Part shown: one piece after another, positions 40,713 to 53,836 of the stretch
Numbering within the stretch: the first letter of the stretch is position 1
Layout: each line of letters starts with the position of its first letter
DNA from: Paragordius varius
Taxonomy: Eukaryota > Animalia > Nematomorpha
Reading direction: 5' to 3'
Assembly (NCBI GenBank): GCA_964247055.1
Contig: OZ176052.1
Coordinates: 10,602,001 to 10,666,000, forward strand
Length of the DNA: 64,000 nt
Position numbers and translations under genes: made by a program
The notes under the pieces: model-generated
The model's input: the letters and a program-made list of their open reading frames with translations, nothing else
Told to the model about the DNA's origin: nothing
Databases searched by the model: none

Positions 40713-41401
40713 TTAATTGGCTTTTTTGTAATTTCCATATAGCTCTAAATATTGTGTTGCTAAATCGTTAGGTGTGAATAAATCATTCGAGGATTTGGAT
40801 TCCAAACAATTTGACATTGGCACAAGATTATTGTGTAAAAAATCATCGTTACAAATTAATGGAATGAATTCTTTAATTAAATTTGAGAGAAGGGAAGGAA
40901 CTGAACAAGGAATATAATCAATCTGAAATAAAAAAGAGATAACTTGTATGGATAGACCTTTATAGAGTTTTCCCAAAGTTACAACTCCAGGCTTAATTGT
41001 GAAATCACTTAAACAAAAAATTTCACCATTAACTTCTAATAGTGGTAATTTCTTTGAATTAGTAAATGACACAAGTTTAGAATTAATAAATGAGATCAAT
41101 CTATCTGATATTAAAACGTTATAATTATTTGTATCCCCTATAACGGTAAACGTTGTAAAAGGAAAATCCGAATGAGTTAATTGATGAAACGGTTTTATGC
41201 CTACTATTAAAAAAAAGATTAATAACTTTGTTTGGTTTGATAACTTTCGCATTCAACCGAAAAAAATCCATCATTTAATGCACCGAGATTCAAAAGATGT
41301 TGTTTTAATGATTCTAAACATTCTTTATAATTTGATGATTGTAAATTGTATTGGAATACACTATAAAATATTAGAATAATTTAAAACTATGATACGCACA
41401 T
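40713..41401 (-). CDS. MED20: Mediator subunit 20, ~205 aa
   Basis: Exons 41401-41388, 41360-41227, 41203(or 41200)-40944, 40922-40713. The spliced product MCVSYVFQY...LLNLGALNDGFFSVECESY...SDFTIKPGVVTLG...KGLSIQIDYIPC...QYLELY aligns by eye with MED20 (GTFCVDCETY, DF.VKVG.VT.G, GISVEVEY.PC, QYMELF). All three introns are 21-27 nt. Confidence 0.88.
40923..40943 (-). other. 21-nt GT-AG intron (MED20 intron 3)
   Basis: gttatctcttttttatttcag. In-frame; removing VISFLFQ restores the GLSIQ-IDYIPC alignment. Confidence 0.7.
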
Positions 41402-41445
41402 GCTTAAAATCCTTTACTTGTTAGGAATGCACCTGTTTTTTTCAG

Positions 41446-44400
41446 ATGAGCGATTTGTTTAGCGTGAAATTGCTTACACCAAACATTATACATGCGGTAT
41501 ATATATTATATAATATTTCAGGTAAATTGGCTTAAAGAAAATTTTGAGTCGTGTGATGGTTTTAGCGTGTCAAAAAATTATATATATAATCACTATAATT
41601 GTTATTGTTCCGAAATAAATGCGACACCATTGAATACGTCCGCTTTTGGGAAATTACTTCGTTCAGTTTTTATTAACATTAAATCACGTAGATTGGGTAC
41701 AAGGTATGGGATATATTTTAATATTTTAGAGGAAACTCAAAGTATCACTATTATGGTATTAAAATAAAAACTAATTCTCATCTTTATGAAAAACGAAATG
41801 AATATGAAGATCAATTATCGGCTACAAGTTTAACAAATTTTGAGGAAATTCGTAAGGAAAATATTCCTAAGTAAGATGTATGATAAAATTTAAGCGGATC
41901 CGCTAAATTGTCTGGATTACAAAGCTTTCTTGGCCTTAAACCAAAATTAATATTACCCGATTTTGATACATCCACCTTTTTATTTAAAGAAAATTCCTGC
42001 AGTACTGTTTCCTTGACTCAAATATCCAAATTTCTAAAAATATACCGGCTGTATAATGAGGTAAATGAATGTTTGTTCTTTTATATTCAGAAAGACTAAT
42101 TACCAATTTATTAAATATATGTGCATGTAAAGCGGCTATTATCAAAGCCGTTTTTTATTATAGCTTAAATTTTTTTTAAACTAAACTTTTCATTTTACCC
42201 CGTCTTCTGTTTTATATCCTTGCCTTATTTTATTGTATATATTAGAGATTGTCTGTAAAGTATTTTTTAATTTGGATTTTAATTTTTTTTTCAAGGGTAT
42301 TAACAAATTTTTTACAACTGTTAAGATGTTCGCCCTAATGTATTTAAAAATGATATTATGTATGAAAAATATATAATATCATTTATATAAGCGATTTCCC
42401 TAGTGTAGCCTATTCTTTGTTTTAACTATTGTGATATTCCTGATACCATATTTTTTTAATTGCGAATTCGCATATAAAAAAACATAGAAAATAGTTGAAA
42501 CATACCATTTTCTTGCCATTAAGTTCATCGTTAATTAGGATTTTTATATTTTTAAAACGGATATATATTGGGCCACTCTGTACCGATTTATTACTTTATC
42601 TTTTTAAAATATTTTAAAGTTTTGTTAAAAAAAATGCAACCTTTGCCGAAATAAATTAACTTTATCAATAACACTGGACAACAAATTTTTTTACTACTCG
42701 AGATTTTTGCATTTGATATTTAATATCTTTTTAACAGTAAATCCTAAATAAAAATTATAATTTCACCTATGAATTTTATATAATTTGATTTTTTTCTGAT
42801 TATGCGCCCTCTTTATTAAAATTTTACTAAAAAATGATTTACTTTGAAAATATACAATAAATGCCCATTTGTATTATATCATTCGAAAGAATAATAAAAA
42901 CTCTATAAAATACATACTAATATGTTTTTCATCGACAGTTAATAAGGAAGCGCAAAGCGAGAGCGTTTTTCTTATATTTCTTAATTATTTTTAAAACTAA
43001 TGGATGAAAATGGTTGAAACTTTGTATAGATGGCAATGAATGTGCAAAAAAGATAACACAACAAAGTTTTTTTTTGATTAAAACACTTAATTATTGCTTT
43101 TATGTAATTCAAAGCAAGATTTTCGTTTTTTAAAAATTACCATCTCATCAATATTAATTTATTTTCTTTAAGAGGCTTATAATTTCAAAATTGTAAAGAC
43201 TAAAAACAAAGTTTAAGAAGCTTTTGTTTTTTAACGATTATGGAATAAATTTACAGTTATAACTATGCATTTTACACCAGGTAAAATAAGATAATAATAA
43301 TTTGTTTAAAAAGCAAATTAAAAGCTTTTTTTAAGATTTTTTTAAATTATATACTAATATAACCCTGGTGATTTAAAATTTAGTTTATCTGCGAAAATTT
43401 TTGACTTATTTAAGGGTTGAAAATTTGACCATATAAAGCCAAATAACTTTTACATCTGATTGATTTATTTAACAAACTACCATTCGAAATATACAGATTT
43501 TTGCGATCCTTCGAATGTTATAAAATACATGGCTCTATATCTAAAACTTTTAATTTTGAAATTTCGAGTTTAATGTTAAATCGGAGCCAAAAATTATCGA
43601 TAAACCCTAATAAAACTTAGGTGTTAGACCATTTTTTTCAGACATACTATTTATTTTTATTAAAATAAATTTTATATTTACAAGTAAAAATGTTGTCTAG
43701 TGTAATTGAATTATAAACAGCTATACGTAAACATAAAATTAACCCTTTTTATATTTAACTCTTTTTATAACTTGCTTGCTATCTTAATCAATTCTTAGAA
43801 ATTAGTGGATTCAGTTTATAGCCTTGATATTAAACAAGTTAGAGCGCTTATTGACGCCTTTTGGAGTTTATCATTGTCATCGAATGCAGCCAATAGAAGA
43901 AATTATCCTTCATTGATACCCAATTTTCAATCGGAAGAGATATGCCATTTAACAGGAATGCCATTTCTCAATAATTACATAACCAAGATTGATTTAATAG
44001 TTTATGATCTTTTGGCCCATACGTTGATACGTGACGTTTTGGAACCATTGCCTAGTATATTTTATTTTTCTTTACACCAAGTTCTATCTAAATGTTAATA
44101 TAAATATCTTTGGCACAATCTATCATTTAAGTAAATTGTGTCTAAAGTATTTCAAACCTAATTTTCAAACCTAAAATATTTTTGTATTAATAATGGATTT
44201 GCGTTTAAAATTACGCTCTCGGTTCCCAATAAAAATACTCGTATTTTTTTCATCATTGAATCAATTCATTATAAAACATTATATAATTTAAACAATATAC
44301 GCAAATTTTAATTAATAGGAATTTCAAAAATATAATTGCTTGGCCCCATATTCGTGTGCTACTATGTGTTATGCAATATATCCGGAGTGAATGCATTAAC

Positions 44401-47400
44401 ATATTTTAGGATTAGATCAAACGGATTAATTTCTCTTTATATTCCCTTATAAATTATTATAAAAATCTGAAATTTATTGTTAATGAAAAACAAGCTAAAT
44501 CACATTGCAATAATATCGTCTGCCAAATTTTTAAATAATGTTTGTATTTTAACCTTTAAAATATTAATTATTTTGGCAAACATGAGGTTTATTTCTAGCC
44601 ACTATGATTAAATTTGCAAACGGGAGTCTTAATTTGGCTATAAGATAAATCAATTTTGCAAAAAGTTCTTACTTTAATGTGTCATTTCTTTTTTAATATA
44701 CAACCAATATTTTTCTAGCCGAAATAATACAATTTGCAAAAAATCTGGCCACACAAATCGGTTTTTGGTTTTACAACGATTTGACCGGATACAACGAACA
44801 CTTCAAATTAGCCAAGGTTGATTTTAAATATGCAATCGAATTTGAATATTAGATTAATTTTATAAAATAATATCTTAAGTATTTGATGTCGTATTTGTAC
44901 CTTTCTCTATAGTTTGACAATAATTTTATCTATGTTTTAGATTAAATCAATCGAAGCATTCCGTTTATTGTTAAAAAACTATGCATCAGTAAACCACGTG
45001 GCACAAGCTGTTAGAACTCTTTTTATGGATAAAAAGAAAATGGAAGAAATGGCATTAGATGTCTTAAAAATTGATTTTGAAGGCCTAATGGTTATTTTTG
45101 AATATTTCACCATTTGTAAAACATAAATATTATTTTTATGGGAAAACACCCAAAGTTTTAACCGATAAATATAAATCACTAGTTCTAAATTATCATTTCA
45201 TTTTTCGTTTATTTAATAATTTATCCTAAAGGACAGTTTTTCAGGTACGGAATCTCTGTTTTTAGAACAGTTTATAAACCAAAATAATGGTAATTTACGG
45301 CGCTTAAAAATAATTTTTAAGCTTTACATAAAATGGTTTAGATTTTTAGGATAAAGTAGCACATAATAGCGTATATATCTTTTATTTCAGAACAATGGAA
45401 CCATATTTTTTAAATCGGTACAAAAGATCCAAAAATTATTGGAACAGTAACCGGTTAAAAACGGTTTCAGTTTCAATCACTAGTAATTTTTGTAAACTAT
45501 TTTTGAAAGTTTTGATTTCTTAGTCGATTAAACGCTAATTTAAATTCATTATAAATGGATTTGTCCAATTTTTATTCTTAACAGGTTGATAACTTTGAAG
45601 TGATGTGTAAAAACACCTCCCACTTTGACGAATATCACATGATTGCTTTAATGCAAACTTTTAACGAATTCAAATGTAATTTACGCAACAATATCGGTTT
45701 TGATAATTGGACATTCTGGATTAAGAATCTCTACTTTTCATATAAATCTAAGCTCACTACTAATACATCAGAAAATCATGATTTAAAAACATCTAGTATG
45801 GCTTTACCATCATTTCTGTAAGTGTTATATATATGCTATTTTCGGAATAATTTTTTTTAAAAAATATTTTTATTCAATATCAGTTTGCTCATAATGAATG
45901 AATTGATGTTGGAAAGCGTTTCATCATTCGGATCTTTTCACATGCTAAAAAGTTTTGTTGAAATTTATATCAAACATTTAACGGAAGAAAACACATCCAT
46001 GATAAATGGTAAAACTGTAGTTGAATTAAAATTTGAGGTATATACTAAAATTTAGCATTCATATTACATTTTTTCATTATTTTTTACCAATAAGAACTAA
46101 AAATAATTTTTTAAACTTAAAAGATTTTGGAGACCCTTTATACCATTTCCAAACACGCAAAAGAAAATGTCATTGGATCTAATCACGCTTCAAATTTGTT
46201 TAATCCATCTAATTTGTGCGATAAATATAAAGGGACACCCTGTGTACTGTTGCCCACAGTCGCCATACCATGTACCAATAATAATGTCGAAAACTTATTG
46301 CTAAATCTAAATACCTCCTTTAAACCAACCACCATGAATGATAATTGCAACAAATCTTTGAATGGAATTAATCGAACCAACCCCAAACAAACTACGCAAG
46401 ATGACTTGGCTCAAATATATTTGCAATCTATCCAAAATGGCGGACCTACAAATATTGCCAAAAGCTCTCAATCAGATTCATACAAACTTTTCCCTACTTC
46501 GAATGGAATGCGTTCACATTCATTAGATTTTTCGGAGGGTTGTGGAATCCTCGAATTATTTAACCCACTAAATTATGACGTTTTGAGGCAACAACAATAC
46601 AAAAATGCCGTTACGCTGAATGGGAAAACGAATGTCGATGGAACGCATCTTGGAAATATTATGACAAACGATGAGAGCATCAATAGTACAAGCAGTAATC
46701 CGATTATTAATGATATTACCACTATTGATAACAATCAAGTTTTCATGGAACACGCTGATAAAATGATTGATTTAATCATTCACAATAATACGGAGGTACT
46801 GTTATCGGCTCAAACTTTACCCCATCACCCGGCTAATACAAATAATGATGGTGAATTAAAGGCAAATAGAATTTCTTGTGATGTTGACACGAGTTTTTCC
46901 CTCCCATATAAATCTAAGCGAAAGACTAAACCACCCTTTTCTAACCGACAACGTACCAGTAAAATTAGCGGGAGCAAAAAGATGCGAATCGATAATTTAT
47001 TACACATGAACAAAAATAGTAATAATTTTAACGTGCACAATAGCAATAGCTTTGTTGCCAATACCATGCTTCAAATGAATAACAATATTGGTATAGTGCC
47101 ACGTTCTACCATAAGCCCACTTGAATGGAAAAAACGTTTATCCCTTCCATGTCAAGTTTTTGTGTCAAATACGAACAACACTATCACAGGCGTAAATAAT
47201 TTTGTTAATCCCGCTCACCATCAAACAAACTCTAACAAAGCTTTGGAGGGCCGTCAGGTTAATAATAATAATCTTAATCTTGGGCTGTCTCAACAACCGT
47301 TTAACTCAGCAGGCCCAGTTAGTTCGATGAAAATGTCATTTGATGACTTATTTCTCCCTGATTGCTATTCGTACAACAATCTTTTTTCACCAGATGAGTT

Positions 47401-48416
47401 ATCGAGACTTAGATATTTGGACACCTTAATCGATGATGATATATCGGTTATATCTGGTTTTAGTAACACCCTTTCAATGTCAAATCTCTTGCTAGGCGCT
47501 ACCTCGAATCCCACAAACCTGGCCCAAAACCCAACGCTGCTTAACCAAACATTGTCAACACATTTGCCCCCGCGGCCCAATCCAACTTCTCCTTTAACCT
47601 TACCCCTTAATGATGAGCATTCACAAACTTACATTGATACAGCCAATTCGCCTCAAATATTACCTGTGGTTGGACTTGAAAATACAAATCTTCAAGATAC
47701 CACGACAGAACATACAACTTTGTTCATAGATGAAGCAATAAAGATAGGAGCCAATTTGAATAATGTTGATAAACTATCTCCTGATTTGGACACGAATCAG
47801 TTATTAGAGTGTGGGGGAAAGACATCATTGAATGAAATGGCATCAACCCTTAAAAACATGCAAAGAATCATGAATGGAAATTTTCTTTTATCCAATAGCC
47901 ACAATACAACCAACTCTTTAGGTATTTTACATTTTTTCAACGATAAAGTGAATTATTAATGGGTGCAGGTAGACATTTTCATTTTATAGTCATTTAATTA
48001 TTTTAACAATTTATAAGAATGTTCTTTTATCCAACCACTATGCAATCTATCGGTATTTTTTTATTATATTTCAAACATATTTATGGTTTTGAGAAAAAAT
48101 AAGAGTGTTGATATTTTATAGTGGCAAAAATTGATTTTAAATCATAAGCCAAAAGACATAGATATTTTGAATAATATCATTAATTACAATAAGTAATATC
48201 AATGATTTTCTATAAATAGGTTTTCGAGAACGAGGATTTGACAAACCAACCAATTCCCTCGGAGGAACAGGAAGTTTATTTGGTTCGACTTCATCAATCA
48301 TCAGTTTATTGCATGGAAGTATTAATTGTTTAATATTTAATTTATTTATAGCTACCAATCTCAATAATAATGCTTCTACTGGCAAAATAGGGGAGATGAG
48401 TGGACACTTTATTGAT
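41446..48416 (+). CDS. RFX: RFX-family winged-helix transcription factor with dimerisation domain and long low-complexity tail, ~1130 aa
   Basis: Exons 41446-41496, 41522-41703, 41730-41870, 41895-42060, 43799-44054, 44719-44816, 44941-45090, 45585-45817, 45884-46037, 46124-47921, 48220-48318, 48352-48416; phases consistent. DBD VNWLKENFE...AFGKLLRSVF..IKSRRLGTR|GNSKYHYYGI; later DVLEPLP, NYASVNHVAQAVR, SFGSFHM. The last two exons are less certain; the alternative stop is at 47959. Confidence 0.88.
42680..43670 (-). repeat. ~1-kb interspersed non-coding repeat, copy 2 (in an RFX intron)
   Basis: Reverse complement of 9420-10445. Confidence 0.8.
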
Positions 48417-48648
48417 GATTCTTACATTTATTACGATTCTCTTATACTGTGAAACACCCATTATCATTGCTGGCTGTGTGTAATATTATTTGCATGTATT
48501 TATTACCTTTTATACAGTATATTATAACAGTTATTCAAATAATTTATTAATCAATAAATCAATTTATTAGTTATAAAAGTTTGAAAAGATTTTTTGTTGC
48601 ACCTTAATTAGTATTGTTGTTGAACTAGTTGGGATAAGTTTAAATGAT

Positions 48649-48686
<38 letters not shown>

Positions 48687-48786
48687 CAGTTAATAATTAT
48701 CACATAAATATAATGTGAGTGAACAAAAGCTTCCAAAAACCCAAAAAGTGAAAAAGGAAAAAAAGTTAATTTTCACATTCATCCAT

Positions 48787-51700
48787 TCATAATACTCCAT
48801 TAGTTGCGGCAACATTGTTGGTAAATGTTGCAGTTAATGCCTGATCCAAATCGGCTACGATATCTTCAACATCTTCGAGTCCAATGGAAAGTCTAATCAA
48901 ATTATCGGTTACACCAATAGGTTCACGCAACTCTTTGGGTATCGATGCATGGGTCATTGAAGCTCTAATCATAAAATACAGTAAAAAATGAAATTATATA
49001 GACAAAATCAATAATAAAACAAACAATATTTTTTTTTAAAGGACAACAATATTTTTCAAATATAATCCATCGCTTTGAATTAAAACTTTAGGATTACTAC
49101 GGTATATAATTCCGTTATATTTTTTGGTTTTAATGTTTTAGTGGACTATTTAAAAAGATTTATGAGATTTTACAATAATTATTAAGTGAATAATGACAAG
49201 TGTTTGATAATGCTAGATATGTTAATGTTGCCGTAAAATAACCTAGAATAATTTAAAAAAGCTAATTTATTAATCCCGAAATTTTGAAGAGGCATTGTGA
49301 ATTTAAAAATATAAAACAAATTAAATTAACTTTTTATATTTTGTTCTACGTTATTATATGAAACATTATTTTAAAATCTAAAGTTGACCAGTTCGGAAAT
49401 ATATTCAAAATTTTTATTTAAATAAAATATGGAAGAAACGCCTAATATCATTTACTTAAGATCAAAATTTTTAATGATATCGGAAAGGTAACTTATAATA
49501 TAAACTGAAATGTTCTAAATTAATTTATAAATCCTTAAAAAATAATTAACGATTAATTTTATTTGTAATGGATGTTCACAATGTAGAATCATAAATAAAA
49601 ATAAACTTACGGATGCTCAGCTAAGCTTTCATATCCACCCAAACTTTCAGCCAAAGCAAAAACCTAAAAAATGGAGTTATAATAAAGATATGTATAAAAT
49701 CATATATAAAACCTGTAACAAATCTAATCAAACATTATTTTTAAGAGGCGTTTGTTACATTGTGTAAATTATATGCCTTCTTACTTTCAAACTCTGAAGA
49801 AATTTGATAGCATGTTCCAAATGTCCCTTGATGTAAAAAGTTATCATTCCGGAATGTCCACGTGTTTGTTTTTGAGCCAAAGCATGCTGAGGATGTGAAG
49901 GTAGCCCTTTAACAAAAATATAATTTTAATATCGGAATTAATTAATTAATTTATAATTACTACTGTATGTATTTAGGAAGATTGTTTTTTTAATTTTCGT
50001 TATATTTACAATATCATAAATAAAAGATTTAACCATTAGAAAATAATAAAATGTTTAAAACGAATTCAATATTTTTATACATTTATTATTTATGATATAT
50101 GGTTTAAACTAGGGTTAAATATGTATATACTATTAAAATAACAGTCATGAATACCGATTGACAATTGTACGTCTGCAATTTATATTAGTTATTATTTATT
50201 GTTTTGCATAAACCTCCATTAATATGCGCATTCTTTCGAATATATTTGTTTTATCACACATTAAAATAGACATATTTCATTTTTTTATTTCGCAATATAT
50301 CACAAATTAAGAATTTGATAATTAAAAAGCACTTTTGATACAATATCAAAAATTATTAACATACTTTAAATTTCTTGAGCAATTTAAAGTCATCCTAATA
50401 TATTGTGTTTTTAAGGATAAAAATACCTATATTTTTTAAAATAATTTATTTAAAATTAAAATAATACTGAAAAATAATAAACTATGTCATAAAAATATAT
50501 TTCATATTAATGATGAGTTATATCAGCCCCAAAACACAATTTATTTTTAGGATAATTTGAATTGTAAATGGTATATATTGTTTTCATTTACTAAGGCAGT
50601 GGTTCCCAACCTTTTGTGACGCCCCACCAAATTAAATTAAAGTTATTGCGCCCCTCTCTCAAAAAAATCCAAGATAAAAATGTAAATATATTGTAGAAAT
50701 CCCAATCAATGAGATCATTATATCTGCATTTTTCGAAATATTTTTTCCATATGGGTGACATAGCTTGATAATTACACCTGAAATTGTTTCTAGATTTAAG
50801 ATAAAATTCTCCAAATTTTTCACGCCCCTCTTCTGGGGAGTTGTCCCCTTTTGGGAACCACTGTTTATTGCAGACAATTTAATGAAACTCGAGACCAAAA
50901 ATCATAATTTCTAGATTTTTTCCTTCTGGCAATTTAGTGATGCTGTTGAAAAGTAGTAGAGCACTTCGTCATGGTATGCGGCGAATAAGGTAAAAAACAA
51001 TTTGGTCCTTGGTCCTAAGTTCACCTACAACCGCGGCTTTGTATAGGAGTATTGTCGCAAACTATAACTAAATTTCCAATAATTTTAGTTATTGATTTCG
51101 TCAAAAAATTAAAAAATATTCACTTTAAACGCGCCGTTTGTAATGAATTACTCTTTCTTGACATTCAATTATACATAACAAAATTTTTTTAATTTACCTA
51201 AAATAAATTTAGAGTGTATCTTTGTGGAATCGCTCGACAATAGGAGATTTGCATGTGAAATCTATCCCATATATTTAAAAGTTTTAAACTAAGGCCAGAC
51301 TCATCAATAAAAAACATTCTTTTGTGCGGAACATCTTTGACTAGTCTGGCAAATTGTATCGTTTTTCTATTGTCTCGGGTATATTGCCTTCTCGCGGTTG
51401 TAAAATACACCTTTTGGACTAATTTTTAAATGCGAATTTTGTAAAAAGCGGTTACGGCTGTTACTAATGTATTCATTTATCGTCAATTCACAATTATTTA
51501 TAAATGCTTTAAACTCAATCTACGAATTTTGGATTTTTAAAAAGTAAACCGAGAGATTTCTTTATGTTAGTAGCATTTACAAGAAATAACTAACCTTCAA
51601 GTACCTACCGAGCAAGGAGGAAATAAGGGGATATCTTTGGGATTCTAAAAGTTTTTTAGGAAAGTTTGTTTCTATGTATGATTGGATGCTAAGAAGTAAA

Positions 51701-53797
51701 TTATAAAACAAAAGTAAACGGGTCTTGAGTATTTTAGAAATTTTTTGGAGGAAACAATATCAAAATTCCAGAAAATGCATTAGCATGCGACATTCCCTTT
51801 TTCGCAAAGCCACGGTGGTAGGTGCTAAGGAGCAAAATTATTTTTTACCTCCTTATTCGCCACAACTCAATCCGATTGGCCATAAAGAAATCTATTCGGC
51901 TTAATATTCACAAATCCAGAATCGATAGATTCTGTAAAAGCATTAATAGTGATTGTGAACTTAGATGAATTGATATAATAATTAATCACATTTTAAAGCC
52001 TCTAGAACAAGTATTTATAAAATTCTCTCTGATTTAAAAATTTCACAAAAAGGGTGTATTTTACAAGGTCGGGAACGAAATATACCATAGATTATAGAAA
52101 AGCGATTTAATCATGCCAGATTGGTCAAAGATGTTCCACATGAAAGAATGTTTTTTAACGAGTCTGGTTTCAGTTTAAAACTAACAAATATATGGGGTAG
52201 AGCTCCAAAGGGCAAATCTCTTATTGTAGAGGGATTTAACAAAGGTGCGCTTTATTTTAGGAAAATTAAAATTTTTTTGTTATTATGCATGAGTGAATGT
52301 CAAGAAAGAATAATTTATTACAAAAGGCGCGTTCAAAAAGAATATTATATAATTTTTTGACGAAATCAATAACTAAAATTACTGGAAATTTATTCATAGT
52401 TTGCGACAATGCTCCTATACACAAAACCGCGGTTGTAGGTGAATTAAGGAGCAAAATTATTTTTTTAACCTTCTTATCCATCAGAACTCAATCCGATTAA
52501 GTGTTCCATTTAAGATTATTAATTACCTATATTTTTTGAAAAAAATAAAATTTTGTTTTAAATTTAAATAATACTTAAAAAATAATAAACTGTGCCATAA
52601 AGATATATTTTATATTAATAATGAGTTATATTAGTTCAAAAACACATAATTTATTTTTAGGGTGAATTTAATTGTTCAAGGGTGAATTTGAATTGTTCAA
52701 GGGTGAGTGTGAAATGGTATACATAAAAATGGAGAAAAACCGTTGTGATGTGCCATTTTAAAGAATTGCAAGACTTTGCAAAGATAGAAAATCTTAATAA
52801 TTATTATGATTTTTATTCCAACATTTTGTTAAAATGTCTGTAAAAGAACCGATAGAAAAGAATTATTGGTTTATATTTTATAATATTGTATTAAAACGCC
52901 AAAAAATATATTTATTTTAATAAAATTTATATTTAACTTTTTTGTGTTATGACTTTTGAGTGGTTTTTTTGTTATTACATACTTAATATGTCATATTTAA
53001 AATTAAAACGATATGTCCTTTGGAATTTGTGGTTAAACAAAACGTAAAACAATAACTAAAATTAATGACACTCATGTACGCATGATTCTTAGTTTGCTAA
53101 TTTTGAAATATAAAAATTTGCCTATATGTAATATATGTAAACCTAATAAACCCTATTTCTTTAATGTTAAAAAAGCTTTGAAAACTAATTAAAAACATAA
53201 CCTAACATTGGTAATTTAGATATAATGTTATATATTGGAAAATTACAAGGGTGTAGGACTCGCAGTACAAATTGGTGTGATTCCAAAAATTTTGCGACAA
53301 TCAAGCCATTTTCGAAATGTTGTTTCATTCTAACGGCTAATGTTTTAAGGCCACGATTCACCAGATAACAATCAAATGGGGATGGAACACCTCCCATCGC
53401 TAACATTATTTGAAATCAGTGTTAATTGTTAAATAAAATTATTACACAGTTTAAAATATATATTTTATCCAAAAACTATTACAAATAAAAAAAATCATGT
53501 TTGTCGAAAATAGTTATCACATATAATCTTACCATTCTGTAAAAACTTCAACTGTTCAAAGAGTGCGTCTGAATTAGTGCAAATAGATCCCATAACAACA
53601 TCCGTGTGCCCTTAATTATATAAAAAAATATTGTAGGCAAAAAACAAATTTTTGAATTAAATCGTATTGTAAAATATATGCATACCATTCATATATTTGG
53701 TCAGCGAGTGTGTGACGATATCTGCCCCAAGATCTAACGGATGCTAAAAAAGACGATAAAATATATCTTTGACCTTTAAGTTTCATCATTTTATGAT

Positions 53798-53836
<39 letters not shown>

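Noticed and set aside
44599-44650. Exon-like duplicate (ttctag|CCACTATGATTAAATTTGCAAAC) upstream of RFX exon 44719, a possible mutually exclusive exon
   Set aside because: It reaches a stop (ATA AGA TAA) with no convincing donor; the similarity is short and AT-rich.
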